Source: Octopus sinensis (Eukaryota). From it: a DNA stretch of 64,000 nt. The position numbers were made by a program, and so were the translations under genes. The notes under the pieces were generated by a model. It made no database searches. It saw only the letters and a list, made by a program, of their open reading frames with translations, and was not told the DNA's origin. Below, in pieces: positions 28,331-42,590 of the stretch (position 1 is the stretch's first letter; each line of letters starts with the position of its first letter). Where the stretch lies: positions 72,230,001 through 72,294,000 of the forward strand of contig NC_043000.1 of NCBI RefSeq assembly GCF_006345805.1, written 5' to 3'.

Positions 28331-29090
28331 GTTCAAAAATTCCTTACCTAAGTATGTGTATAGCCGAGGATATGTATTTGTAAGCATGCGTATCTGTGTA
28401 TGTGTAAGTGAGAGTATGTTTGTGCTTAAGCACACATATACACGACTGTATGTATGTATCCATACGAACTTGTTTGTATACTTGTCCCCATATATGCCAA
28501 TAACGCCGTTACACAGATTGTATACATAATTTTTTCTTATTTCGTTTTTTTCCCCACCCCTCCTTCGTTCCTTTTTCTCTCTCTTCCTTTCTTTCGTTCG
28601 CCCCCCCCCCTTACTCAGTATATGAGAATCGCTACATACATGATTTTTAACTTGCGTGCGAGATGGTTTTACGTGAATATATGTACACATGCATTTATGT
28701 GTATATTTAGATTTATATTCATACGTCTGTATATGTATGGCGTTGGCGCGCATCTTTTTTGTGTATGTTGATATATATATGCACATTTTAATAAAAATAT
28801 GTATTGCAGTGTAATATTTATAACAGGTTTAATTCCTATGAATTAATTTATACTTTCTTCATTAATGTCAATATGTATTTTATTCAATGTAAGGTTTTTC
28901 CTCGGATTTTATAATTTTTATAAGCTTTTTTATATATATATACATATATTTTTGACCTTTTTGTTTATCGCTCGAAGATTGACCGTTTTTTTCTAAAGGG
29001 GTCCAATCGAACAAGTCCATTTCTTTTTAAAGGTGTAGCGTTTGTAAGAGTCTAGATTGAATTGATATATCGATTCCATTCTAGCAAAAA

Positions 29091-29128
29091 CTGTCTGATG
29101 AACGGCAACGAGAAACTCAGAGTAACAG
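29091..29128 (+). ncRNA. Minimal type I hammerhead motif
   Basis: CTGT-CTGATGA-A-CG-GCAA-CG-A-GAAAC-TCAGA-GTA-ACAG. Confidence 0.72.
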
Positions 29129-29238
29129 ATTTTGTTGAATTTTCTGCTGCTTAAAATAAAGCATATTACTCTACCACTGGTATTTGAGTACTCTTTTTTC
29201 CACCTTGTTTCACATTTATGTGTTTACTCCGGTATATA

Positions 29239-29290
<52 letters not shown>

Positions 29291-29293
<3 letters not shown>

Positions 29294-29571
29294 CGGGCCG
29301 ACCAATGCCTTGTGAGTGGATTTGGTAGACGGAAACTGAAAGAAGCCTGTCGTATATATGTGTGTGTTTGTGTGTCTGTGTTTGTCCCCCTAGCATTGCT
29401 TGACAACCGATGCTGGTGTGTTTACGTCACTTAGCGGTTCGGCAAAAGAGACCGATAGAATAAGTACTGGGCTTACAAAGAATAAGTTCCGGGGTCGATT
29501 TGCTCGACTAAAGGCGGTGCTCCGGCATGGCCGCAGTCAAATGACTGAAAAAAGTAAAAGAGTAAAAGAGT
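29291..29571 (+). mobile_element. tRNA-derived SINE family A, 5'-truncated
   Basis: Body and (AAAGAGTA)n tail match the copies at 35243 and 51921. Confidence 0.85.
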
Positions 29572-31134
29572 AATATCCGCTAGCACACGCATACACAAAC
29601 AGATATATGCACATATTTGCATGCACGCATGTAACTATTCACGCATACTCACACAAATAGTTGTGACAGCTTGTATATCGGTGGTAAAATGGTAATTCTG
29701 GGATCGTTATTAATTCTTCCATACTACATTGCCCATTACACACACACATACGTACACACACACACAATTCTCTCCCTCTCTTTCTCACACACACATACAT
29801 GCACACACACTCATATACACACACAAACATATCTGTCTATATAATCATACACATGTGCATAACTATGTCCCTGTGCATTCAGACACAGGTATAAATATAT
29901 ATCTGAACACATCCGCACACATACGCGTGCACGCGCGCGCACACACTCACACACAGAAATACGCGCGCGCACACACATACACACGCATATACAAGTGCAC
30001 AATTACAATAACGTCCACATACTTGCGCTAAAAACACATGTACTTATATTGAGGAGGGGAAATTTATGACCGGTATGGCTGTTACAATTTCCTTCAGGCT
30101 TCTTGCAATCTTTTTCCTGGTACGTACATAGCTTGTTCAGCTGGTGGATTTTTCGGTATTATATTTGCTATTTTCAGCACACTGACATATTTATCATTTG
30201 CATGTTGGAAAATTCCGATATAGTTTTTTTTTATCCTTATATACACTTGCCTGTGTTCCACTATTCTTTGAGCTCTGCCGCGAGTGGTTTAACATAAATG
30301 TTTGGATAGATTTGTTGCAGTTGACCTTCATAGTTACACGTTTTCTTTTAGAATTCATTTTGCATTCTATATAGGTTATCCTGTCAAGGGGGCATGTCAT
30401 ATCTGGATATGATGTAATGGAAATGTCTGATTTTTAGTTACTTTAATCTTTAGTTCTGTGTCGATTACTGCTTTTCTTAATTTATGGGCTTCTTCACCTT
30501 AAAACATTACTCTCTGGAAATTGTCACTATCATACTACGGACCTGCCTTACCACCTGTGTTATTCTTTCTAACCTAATTTACTGTAGTTACCGTGGAGAA
30601 AAATTGTTCTCTTTTATGGTAAACGCTGTAAAAAACACCATATCTGACCAGTGCTGCTGCCTATCGGATTCTCTATGATAACTGCAGTGTGTTTGCCTTT
30701 AGAATTTGAAATGCTACAAATGTATTTTAACTAACCTAATGTTCGTTTATGCCTAAACATTGCTTGGCACTGATACTGCCAAATTTCTTCTGACCAGACG
30801 GTCCCATGGCGTAACTCAGTGCTGTTGACAGTGCTTTAGTTACAGCTACGTTTAAAAATCTTCCCCAGAATTACTTCTCTTTCGTATTTCGCATCGATGA
30901 CGGCTAAAGAGCTAGAAACGCATCTGGGAATCCGATAAAGCGCAGCTATGGTGTTTTTACACCTTTAACGGATAAAAAGAGAATTTCTTCGCGATAATTG
31001 CAATGAATTTGCCTTGAGTAGTTGAAATGTGTCATAAATATATTTTAATTCACCAAAAGTTCGCATTTATAAATATACACATGCACACAAGGTGTCTGGA
31101 CTAAATTCGACAGTTTGCATAAAAGGGAAAAGTA

Positions 31135-33210
31135 ATACAGTTCTATATTTAAAAGATGAGGAATTATGTACATTATATACATTCGACGGATATTTGTCCT
31201 CATCTTGTTTGTTGTTAATACAACGTTTCGGCTGATATACCCTCCAGCCTTCTTCAGGTGTCTTGGGGAAATTTCGAACCTGGGTTCTCATTTCTAAGGC
31301 ATTTTTCGATGTTGTTGTTTTTATTATTATCATTATTCAGGTCACTGCTAGGAATCGAACTCGGAATTATAAGCCCGCGCTCTTAACCACTACGCCATAT
31401 GCCCGTGGGCAATTATAAAGTGAATTTTAGGGCTTATAAATCTAATAATTTTCTATCCTTCCTTAATACTGGTCCCCATATGCTGCTCATATCTGCACTC
31501 GGTCTGCTTAGGAGGTTGTTGTGTCCTAGCATATGTGCTGCTTCTTTTAGTTTTCGTACTTTCCAGTGGTGTTCTCTGTCTATTATTTTAATACAGGGCG
31601 AGGTGGTCTCCATTCAAAGGAAGGATAGAAAAATATTAGATTTATAAGCCCTAAAATTCACTCTATAATTACCCACGGGAATATGGCATAGTGGTTGAGA
31701 GCGTGGGCTACTAACCCCAAGATTCCGAGTTCAATTCCAAGCAGATACCTGAATAATATTAATAATAATGATAATATTAATAATAATAATAATAATAATA
31801 ATATCAACAACAACAACAACAACAACATCGAAAAATACCCAGGTTCGATATTTCACCAAGACACCTGAAGAAGACTGGAGGGTATACAAGATGACATATC
31901 CATCGAATGTAAATAAAAATCTATTAACTAGAATATACCTGCGAGACAACAGCTTCCACTACGGCCTCAAGATAGCTACAGAACCTGGCGCATGCGTTCC
32001 TCACTGTGCCCCTGGGAAGATCTTCGAACACTTTTCCAGAGGTATGGCAAGGAGCCGTATACTGCTGCCACATGTTTGACTTTCCAGCAGCAAGCCTCTC
32101 CAGCTAGGGTTTGATCACAGTCTCCAACACATAGCCGTCTGAATTGAAGAATTCCACCTACTTCACAGAATTGACCAAGGACACCCCCATTGGTAAGTCA
32201 GATGGTAAGTCTAGATGTGATAAGTCTGTTCACCAAAGTCCCCTGTTCACCAAAGTCCCAACAAGAAAAACTAGTGACAGGCACCTATCAAAAAGATCGC
32301 ACAAGTATACCAATACGAAATTTGATGGAAATGTTGACCTTCTGTTTAGAAATTATATATATCGACAAGATGACGGTTTAGCTATGGGTTGGCCATAATA
32401 GCCAATATATACATGGAACACTTTGAGAATCTGGCTTTAGGATCAACACCACTAAGGCCAACCCTATGGCTTCGATATGTTGGTGACACCATTATACTCT
32501 GCCCCCTCCCAGGAAGATATCCAAGTACTGCTAGATCATGTGAACTCAATAAAGCCATCCATACAGTTCACAGTGGAAAAGGAAAAAGACAAACAGCTAG
32601 CATTCCTGGATGTATCAATAATACGCACTAAGCATGGGTTCAGGACATCCATATACCGCAAGCCATCACTGGATACCTCAAAAGGAGAGGGATTGCTCAG
32701 TGCCTAAAGCATCGAGCAAAGAATATAAGTAGCAATCGTGATACACACCACGAAGAAATGATCAAGCTAAGTAACAATCTATTAAGCAACATAATAGACT
32801 GAGAACACCACTGGAAAATACGAAAACTAAAAGAAGCAGCACATATGCTAGGACACAATAACCTCCTAAGCAGACCAAGTGCAGATATGAGTAGAATATG
32901 GGAACCGGTATTAAGGAAGGATAAAAAGTATTAGGTTTATAAGCGCTAAAATTCTCTCCATAATTGCCCACGGGTATATAGCGTAAAGGTTAAGAGCATG
33001 AGTTATTAATTCAGAGTTCAATTCCTGGCAGTTCAGTTCCAGGCCTTGAATAAATAATAATAATAATAACATCAGCAAAAATTACTTTTTGAACCCAGGG
33101 TTGGATTCAAAATTCTACCTGGACACATTCAACAACAAGCAAAAGATGAGGACACATATTCGTCCAATATAAATAATGTACAGGATTCCGTATCTCTAAA
33201 ATATAGAACA
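31135..33210 (+). mobile_element. Penelope-like element: inverted pLTR, pLTR, degraded RT, pLTR
   Basis: RT fragments YRQDDGLAMG, IANIYMEHFE, WLRYVGD and SIQFTVEKEKDKQLAFLDV at about 32350-32670. Repeats at 31135-31470 (-), 31617-31920 (+) and 32915-33210 (+). Confidence 0.85.
31217..31262 (-). ncRNA. Hammerhead motif with loop-less palindromic stem III
   Basis: GACAC-CTGAAGA-A-GGCTG-loop-CAGCC-GAAAC-GTT-GTATT. Confidence 0.72.
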
Positions 33211-33351
33211 ATATATATATATATATCATGTGTAGAAAACATAAATCCGGAGAAGCACAATCTAAGATGTAGATAATAATCCTCTTGTTTACATGCGTAA
33301 CGAGGGCTTTCTCCCTCCATATTTTGAAGAATTCTTAGGCCAACAGATTTT

Positions 33352-33412
33352 GGGGTCTGACGATATGCCATAAAGTTAAACCCTTTATGGACGGGAAACA
33401 CAGGGTAATCCC
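33352..33412 (+). ncRNA. Type I hammerhead ribozyme motif
   Basis: GGGGT-CTGACGA-TATG-CCATAAAG-loop-CTTTATGG-ACGG-GAAAC-ACAGG-GTA-ATCCC. Confidence 0.68.
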
Positions 33413-33551
33413 TTAAACCAGTCTTTCCCAGTAAACTATATTTATACAAATCTATGTGTGTATATATATACGTGTGTGTATGTATGTATGTATGTATGTA
33501 TTTATATATATATATATATGTGTGTGTGTGTATGTTTATATATGTATGAAT

Positions 33552-33600
<49 letters not shown>

Positions 33601-34367
33601 AATAAATATAAGATACATCAAGTACAGGACATCACCAACGAGTGAAAATTACGTAGACACACGAGCAAAAAGTACAGGAAAAATTACCAAAAAGTACACA
33701 ATAAGAACAGGACATCAACAACGAGTGAAAAATACGTAAACACCTAATATGAGACAAGTAGGGGACAAATTATCAAAAGAGTCTAACCTCTCCTCAGTTT
33801 TCGACTGTAAAGTACTACCCATTTCAAGCTTTCAACGACAATATAGGAAAACGTCAATGGCAGCAGCTTCCAAAAATTGTAAAAGTACAAAATTTGTGGT
33901 GAGTCAGAGCTTCGAACGAACAAACAACGACAGAGTGAACGTACAGAGTAAACAATCGACGAAGACAAACATTAAGGGCCGTTAGGCCAAGACACCTTGT
34001 AATGGGTAACGCCTGGGAGAAATTTTGAAAGGATATAGAATAACTGCGAGAGAAGAAAAATAGAAGAGAAAAAAGGGAAAATTGTCTGGAGGCGATAGAA
34101 AGTTATGTCCAGCTAAGTACGCATCGCATCAAGAAATTACAGAGGTGAGAAAAAAAAAGGGCTGTGGTTACATGGGAACAAACAGGCAGAGGAGAAGGGA
34201 GGCAAGTGTGAGGATGGGGGAAAGAAACAAAGGGAGTGAGATGGGAGAAGAAACGAAAGATACGAAGAAACGAAGGCAGAAGAAATGAAGAGGGGTGGAA
34301 GAAAGATAGACTGGGGACAGCAATGAAGGAGTGGAGAGACGGAAAATAAAGTGGATTGTAAAGGGGT

Positions 34368-34408
<41 letters not shown>

Positions 34409-34699
34409 AAGAAAAAGAAAGAAGAAAGAAAGAAAGAAAGAAAGGGGGCAGAGAGTAGAGTCGCAGAAATTATAACTAAAAGTAAAAACTTACTGTGGAG
34501 AAGGCTGCGTGGCGTTCGATTATAAATAAATAAATATAAAATACATCAAGTACAGATATATACTACGGAGATGTATTTGCATAGCAAGTGACTTGATCTG
34601 AGATCGTGTGCTGAAACAAAAACAATTGAAAGGTGTTTGTAAGTGATTCAAGAACACACAAAAACCGTAAGTTTCACTTCAACATTTAAATTTTATTTG

Positions 34700-34746
34700 T
34701 GTCAAAATATTTTCGTCGCTTTGAAACGGCGACATGTTCAATGACA
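34700..34746 (-). ncRNA. Second copy of the C8-variant hammerhead
   Basis: TGTCA-TTGAACA-T-GTCGC-loop-GCGAC-GAAA-ATAT-TT-TGACA. Confidence 0.55.
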
Positions 34747-34803
34747 AAACTTCGTGCTGCATCTGAGAAAGTAACAGTTAGTTCATGTTATATATATATA
34801 TAC

Positions 34804-34892
<89 letters not shown>

Positions 34893-34895
<3 letters not shown>

Positions 34896-35692
34896 CAATT
34901 TAATAAATAAAACATATGCATACATACATATATGTACATACCTACATCTATATGTATATATACATGCATATATGAGTACAGGACACCACAAATAAACGTA
35001 GAACACAACGAGAAACGAAAACATAAAATCAAACAAGGAAACGGACGCATTGAGTCGAAACAGGGGCAGTTGATGAAGGGGAATATTCCTTGTATTGTTT
35101 GTCTTGTACTCCGTTTTTTCGTTGTTAAAAAAAGTCCGTTTCCTTGTTTGATTTTATGTTTTCGTTTCTCGTTGTGGTCTACGTTTATTTGTGGTGTCCT
35201 GTACTCATATATGCATGTATATATACATATAGATGTAGGTATCTCTCTTTTCTCTTTTACTTGTTTCAGTCATTTGACTGCGGCCATGCTGGAGCACCGC
35301 CTTTAGTCGAGCAAATCGACCCCGGAACTTATTCTTTGTAAGCCCAGTACTTATTCTATCGGTCTCTTATGCCGAACCGCTAAGTGACGGGGACGTAAAC
35401 ACACCAGCATCGGTTGTCAAGCAATGCTAGGGGGACAAACACAGACACACAAACACCCCCCCCTGCATACATATATACGACGGGCTTCTTTCAGTTTCCG
35501 TCTACCAAATCCACTCACAAGGCATTGGTCGGCCCGGGTCTATAGCAGAAGACACTTGCCCAAGATGCCACGCAGTGGGACTGAACCCGGAACCATGTGG
35601 TTGGTTAGCAGGCTACTTACCACACAGCCACTCCTGCGCCTATGTACATATATGTATGTATGTATGCATATATTTTATTTATTAAATTGTTA
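34893..35692. repeat. Inverted repeat whose right arm is split by a SINE
   Basis: 34938-35046 pairs with 35134-35242, and 34893-34938 pairs with 35641-35692. Confidence 0.85.
35243..35640 (-). mobile_element. tRNA-derived SINE family A, full length
   Basis: Minus-strand head GGCGCAGGAGTGGCTGTGTGGTAAG...GGTTCAGTCCC and A-rich tail. Confidence 0.9.
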
Positions 35693-35735
35693 TTATATGA
35701 TTGAACGCCACGCGTCGTTTCTTCTTCTCCAAGTA

Positions 35736-35794
<59 letters not shown>

Positions 35795-36899
35795 TATATA
35801 TATCTGAACAGAGAGAGACATACAGACAGACAGGCAGAGTGAGAGGAGGATGAGGAGGAGAGAGAGAGGAATATAGAGAAAGAGAGAGAGAGGGGGAGAA
35901 ACAGACGTACAGAAAGTGACAAAGAGCTTTCGAAAGTGTTTCACTGGTAATTAAAGCTGTAGGTATTTATCGGAGCCTGTATAAGATTTGGTTTATGACT
36001 ATAACAATTTTTATTAACATTTCTACTTTCTTCTCTGCATGAATGTCAAATTATTTATGCTTCGCTTTTCACATACACATTTCTTTAAACATTAATTCGA
36101 CAAAAGACATAAAAATATAGGAATGGCATACAATTTTATATTATATTCCCGAATTATCAAACGAAAGTAATTACTGAACCGAGAATTGCATATTAATATA
36201 ACTTGAAAGTTACCTCAAGTGAACAAATAACTATTTTTGTAATAATATTTTTCTTTTATCATAGTTGTGTTTTGAAACATTTTAAAACTAATGCTTCCAG
36301 ACGGTGACATTCATAGTACAATAGCATAGTACTAATATAACTATTACAAACTTTCTAAGCACACCTTTAAACTTAAGGATTAGTAAATATCACCTATACA
36401 CGCAACAAAAATATTGGATTTAAATGCGCCATTTAATAACGATCAAGACTTTCCATAAATCCCTGAGAAAAATAATATCAAAGTTTTATCACAGACAAGG
36501 TTACCGAAGCAATGAGAATCAAAAAACAGAAATTCCACACACACATAAAAATTATCCGAACACACCAAGTTAATGTAATTTCAGTATCATCATACCCAAC
36601 AAAGACGCTTGTTTATAAATGATGTTGAGCACTGGGAGAAACTATATCAGTTTGCAAAATTTTCTCCAAATCATACTTTACCGTCTTAAGTCAAAGCAAG
36701 TCACGTTGAGTAATATAATTCATATTTGTAAGTATGATGAGATGGTCACAGCTGAAATGATTTTAATCACATGTCTGCACAATCAGAGCTTATCTAGTGT
36801 TATATAACAAAACAACAACCTAATATAAAATTATGTTGAGTTACCAATACATTCTACCTTCCTTCCACAACTGTAGAAAATTAGTGACCTCAAACATCA

Positions 36900-38265
36900 T
36901 CAGATGAAGAAAACTTTAGTAGCCATTGCACAATATTACAATGATGTGTTAAACATTGCATTTAAGAATTTGTTTCTTTACCCATCAAACCCTTTTATCT
37001 CTCACTCTACAGAGATATACCATGATATTTGGAAACATGCCTCAGTGTGCCCCTCTCCAAAGAAATGCAACACCTCTGACCCATCCAACTATTATCATTT
37101 ACTCTCACTTCCAACAACTTCAAGGTAATGACGACAGTATTAACAATATCTATCATTTTCTATCATTTTCTACTCCTGATAACCTACTCTTTTATGTTAC
37201 ACATCAATGTGATCTCACTTGAGAGGAGTTTATAAAAAATTACGTTTTTACCTTAGACATCAGCAATTCATTCGATTGTGTTTTGTATGCAAATCTATCA
37301 AACTTCCCACTTATATGCTCCATCCATTTCTCATCTCTTCGATTGATAGTTTTCCATCAGATTGCACTACTGCTGCATGTGTTGGTGGAGTTCTTTCTGC
37401 TTTAGTCTCAATCAACTTAGGTGTTCCCACTGTCCAATTTTGTCCGCTACCCTTCTCCTTCAGCACATCAATTCCTTACTTTTAGTCACTTCCTAAAATA
37501 CCCTTTTTTATGCTGGTAGTACGATCCTTCATTCTTCCTTAAATTCCCCTATCCCTGTATCATCCACAAGCAACCTAGACACCATACGCCAAATCTGCAC
37601 TGATTCCGTAAACAGAGACCTGATCTTGAACGCATCCTCCAGAGGAATCAGGTCAACTTTAAACACTACTCATATCAAGAAAGCGACTACCACATTTCCC
37701 TCTGTATTTATGGTACTCAATCACAGCCTTCACAATCGCCCCAAATGCTGGGCCTTACTATCACTGATGATCTCTCCTGGCGAATGCGCATTCTTAGCTT
37801 AGCTAGGACTAGCATTCCTCTTTAGGGTCAGAAGATATTTCAGCCCCCAACAGTTGAGCAAGGTTGAAGCGAAGCCCATAGTCGAATACTGTTCCAACAT
37901 CTGGGACATTACTGCTGCCATGCATGCCAATCTTCTGGAAGGCCCTTCGCTGGATGCAACTAATAGGTACTCTATTACTAACGGGTACAGTGTAACCTTG
38001 TGCTGTCTCCGCAATCTGTTTTAAAGAAAATACTACCGGTATTATAGTGGCCTCTATTCCTCGGAACCGACCGTTCTCACGTCTACCACTCATGCAGCCC
38101 GGCCCACCGTTTTCTACGCCTATCAACAAGCTTAATATGTAAGGCTCTCTTAACCCCACGATATCCACTATTCTCAGTCCTTCATTCTCAGAATATAGGT
38201 ATTTTGGAATTTCATCCCCATTCATAATTTTCTTGTAGGTGTTGACTTCCAACAGTTAAAACAGA
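36900..38265 (+). mobile_element. Degraded LINE, RT and 3' region
   Basis: IWKHASVCPSPKKCNTSDPSNY, SINLGVP and EYCSNIWD-like motifs in broken frames. Confidence 0.65.
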
Positions 38266-38269
38266 ACGT

Positions 38270-38800
38270 TAACAGTATCAATCTGTTCATGGGCCCTACC
38301 CCATTCTACAAACTCAGCAAATCGAAAAAGGAGATTTAAATAAAAATAAAATATATCCAGAACCAGGGAATTATTTTGCCCCACCGTGACGCTATAGAAT
38401 TTAAATGTATCATCCAGTAAATCCATAAATATCATATGCGAGCATTTCCCACACAATCATATTTAGTGCCGCAAAACTACCATTTGGTTTTCCACCCCCT
38501 TCTCCCTTACCACAATAACACTTGTAGGTAGACTTTTCTTTAAATTAATAGACAAGCATTTCACTAGCTCCCATAGGTACGGACCCATTTTCAACAGGCA
38601 CAACGTTTGAGTCTCGTCTAGCTGCTCCCCCAATTTTAAGAGCCTCCAAGTTATCACTCCTAGGTCATAGGAAGAGGCAGGTTGTTCATGCAGGGACCGC
38701 AACAGTTGCCCGGTAAGGTGCCACTGCGAAAGCAAAGAGTTCGTCTATCAAGCCGAAGTATTAGCGAGCCCTGGCAATACCACCGGCAGGAGCAATAACG
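38270..38800 (-). mobile_element. Degraded LINE fragment
   Basis: Fragmentary RT C-terminal-like text, including LLKMGPYLWELVKC. Confidence 0.35.
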
Positions 38801-39107
38801 ACTGTAGACACGAGAGCGGAGCCAACAACACCGCCAGCATCGCTGCTTCGTCTCCCATCAACACACACATCACACCCCATCACACAGCACAATTACTCCG
38901 TTGATGACTTTTAAGAGCAGGGTTTAAAACACAAGTGACTGATATTATTCATGTTTCGTCTATATCTTTGCGCCTTGGAATCTGATTCCGAAGGAATGTT
39001 TTTTGTGTACTAGTATATGGCTTTGAAGGCCAGATATTTCTTACAAGATTTGTGACATATGGCACAAGTCGTTAGAGGTGGTTGGTATCCATGATTATTA
39101 CCTACGC

Positions 39108-39600
39108 TAGCCAAAATAAGTTTAAGATCGTTAATTTATTTTTAACAAAACTGTATAAAATTATTTTACTTTTCACAGTTTATGTAGAATTTTTTTTCTC
39201 TTTCGTATGATATAGGTTGTATGTATCTTTCTGCAATTTGAAAATTTTTAATGCGCAATTAATTCAAATGATCAAAAATCGTCGGCAAAATTTTGTTTAA
39301 GACCGTACTAAGATTATGCTATGGAACTAGATACGAATAATAAATTTTTGTTCGTTGATCATTTGTGCTGTAAATGTTCAATTTAAACAAAATAATGTTA
39401 GTATGGTCTTAAACATATTTTGCCGACAATTTTTAATCATTTGAATTAATTGCGTATTAAAATTATTCAAATTGTAGAAAGATATATACAACCTATATCA
39501 TAGGAAAGAGAAAAAAAATTCTACATAAACTGTGAAAAGTAAAATAATTTTATACAGTTTTGTTGAAAATAAATTAACGATCTTAAACTTATTTTGGCTA
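39108..39600. mobile_element. MITE-like foldback element
   Basis: About 210-bp arms TAGCCAAAATAAG...CTTATTTTGGCTA with a short spacer. Confidence 0.8.
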
Positions 39601-39662
39601 TATATATATAGGCGCAGATGAAACTGTGTGACTGTGTGACAAGAGGTTTGCTTATATTATAA

Positions 39663-39732
<70 letters not shown>

Positions 39733-40049
39733 AACCATGTCTGTGTTTGTCCCCCAGCACCACTTGACAACCAGTGATGGTTTGTTTACGTTCCCATAAC
39801 TTAGCAGTTCAACAAAAGATATGATAGGATAAATACTGGGATTGATTCATTCGAATAAACAATTTTCTAGGTGGTACCCCAGCGTGGCTGCAGTATATTG
39901 ACTGAAACAAGATAAAATGGTAAACAGATATACCCTGAGTTTCTGCCTTATTATGGAATGCCTGGTTTGGGGTTGAGAATGCAGTGCTCCTCTCTCTCTC
40001 TTTAGATTCCAATGAATAAAGCAATTCCAACACATTTCCAGTTTAAGTC

Positions 40050-42300
40050 AACTATTTCTCATCGAAATTTGTCATTTTTTCCTATGGTTAATTTTATCAA
40101 TTTCTGTCTTTATCCATTTCAGGATTCTAGAACTTAAGCTTATCACAAATACGGTTCCAGCGATCTTAACGGAAATCAAATTCCTTCCATAAAATTTGGA
40201 CTTTGGGAAAAGTTTTTAACCAGTGTAGTTTTTTTGTGCAATTTCTCGATGATGTATTGCCTTGCAATATATCATCTAACTTCAGGATTCCTCAATGCTT
40301 GTAGTCATCATCACTTATGTCATTCAATCGTTCTCTAAATCACAATTCGATGCAAGTTACGTGGAATATTTTCTCTCGTTTCATATTAACTCCCATAAAC
40401 TGTCTCGGCGATTCTTGTGGTTCAGACTTTGCAAACAATTTCATATGGTCCATAAGCTACAGATAGTTTGAGGATGAGTTTGGAGTATCTTTGCCTGACC
40501 CTACTTTCACCTTTCTCAGAACTAGTGATATTGATATGAGAGTGGTGATAAAAAGTAATAGGGAAAAAAAGTCGACAGATCGACCTGAAAATGCTTCTCT
40601 TCGTGTCCCCATTGCCTAGTGATTTGTTACATGAGAACAGATTAGCGTGTCAATTATCCATTCTACATCTTACCAATTTCATTAAATTATTTGCAACACC
40701 AAACAACTTCATAGATTCATGAATCCACGAATGAGGCACCATATGAATTTTTTTAATCGGATTCCATCATATTGAAGACTTTCTGAACTTTACAGACTTT
40801 CAGAAGAAGCTAGTACTGCTTATCAAACGCTTAATATCTACACCCTGTACACAATACTTCTTATGAGCTTGCATTTTGTTATGTCTTCTCAGAAAGTATA
40901 CCAGTGAGGCGCTTCTAAAGCACGCTTAAACAAGGAGAAGGTTTGTAATTTCCCAGCTACAAAATATTTCGTGGAGTCCTACAGAGTAAGAGTGAACTGC
41001 CCTTCAGCCATCCAACTTGGTGTCTTCACTCCAATCAACGAATTAAGATATTCACAAAAATAGTATTGATTGAGTTAAAATTAATAACCCGTAATCCTGG
41101 ATATCGTCTGAATCTGAACCTTTCCAGTTGGTAATTTTTTAACCGGGATACTGGTACTACTTTGAAATATTATCAAACCACTAAGTGCTTACAATGAGAT
41201 TCAGAATAGTTTCCTACAAGTCGTCCTAGAAGGTCAATGCTTTGTACGGTAGATGGCAAATGTTTAACGTCAAACTCTGGAAAAATATCTTCTTTCGATT
41301 ACTATTAGTCATTTCTGTTAAAAATGTATTCTCTCTGTGTTATTTGAGATTCGTATTCTTTGTAATTAATTTGCCGTTTCAGCTCTTCCATAGTAGTAGG
41401 TCAAATTTCTAAGCCGCTATTTTTTGTCCAGGCTCTCTTTTTCATCTTCTCTTTTTCTTTATTCCTCTATGCCAACTATCGATTCTCTTAAAACTTTGCT
41501 TTCTATCCTTCGCATCAACTATAACTCTATAATGTTATTGTCTTTCCAATACTTTATAATCAGTTCTCTCATCTATGATGACTTCTAATGAACATGATTA
41601 GCAGTTATGGTTTCTTTCCACAGTTTGTACCCTTCGACAGTATTGAGATTGTGCAACATAATTATGGTCTGTTTTATGCTTGCCGTTCGATGTTATTAAT
41701 TCCTCCCCATCTAAATTATTTAAACCTGCTTTTCTTCTTACTCTTCAGTATCTCTTTTTCATACCAACCTGCACGAAATTGTAGGTCTCTCATAAACGTA
41801 TCCACTTAAACATGAATTCCTTTCATGGATTTGATTGTCTATTTGATAGAACTAATCTGTACATTTCAAGCAGTTTTAGGATAATTACTGTGTTCATCGT
41901 ACGTGGCAATGAGAAATCTGCCGGGTTTCATCATTGGTTCTAACTTTATTCATACCACTGTAGAATAAATTATCTTTTGATGCTTTCACTCTTCAGAAGC
42001 TCATGAGTTTAAAGTTACACAACCACCGGTGTTTTTTTATTGATTCATTATATCTGGAGGATTGCCAGCTAAGGTTTAAGAAGCTCTCTCTTGGTGAGAC
42101 GGTACGTCATAATCTCAGGGTAGTTATTATCTATTATCTAAGGGCGGCGAGTCCGTTGTTTTGTCTGACTTGGTCACTCTGCCACTCATTTAACTGGATA
42201 ACCGTGTCGAGAAATTCGTTTCCAGCGGAAGTTTTAATGGTTCCATAATTTTCCACAGAGTTACAATGTCATGTATTTCGTAGAGTAACGTATAAGTCAA
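40050..42300 (-). mobile_element. Highly degraded non-LTR retrotransposon (RTE-like)
   Basis: Scattered endonuclease/RT-like peptide patches on minus, with no open frame. Confidence 0.4.
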
Positions 42301-42590
42301 GGAAGAAGATGGAAATATCAATATAGCAAAAGTTTAATATCGAACCACATTATATAGAAATGATTGTGTGTGATTAATTACACAACCCATATTGAATAGG
42401 GAGGAGTGACACCTCATCACATACTTACCAGCCTGTTCTATTATACATGACGTTTATGAAATCTAAAATTGTATAGGCATGTTAATGAAAAGCACTAAGT
42501 TCAAATTATTACATAATTTACCCTCGTATTATATTATTTTTATGCTTAACTTGAAATTATATAACGTATAATTACTGCCTTCTCTTACAG

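Noticed and set aside
30890-30930. CGATGA-CGGC..GCTA-GAAAC-GC-ATC hammerhead-like remnant
   Set aside because: Core and stem I are too decayed to call, though it may be a relic.
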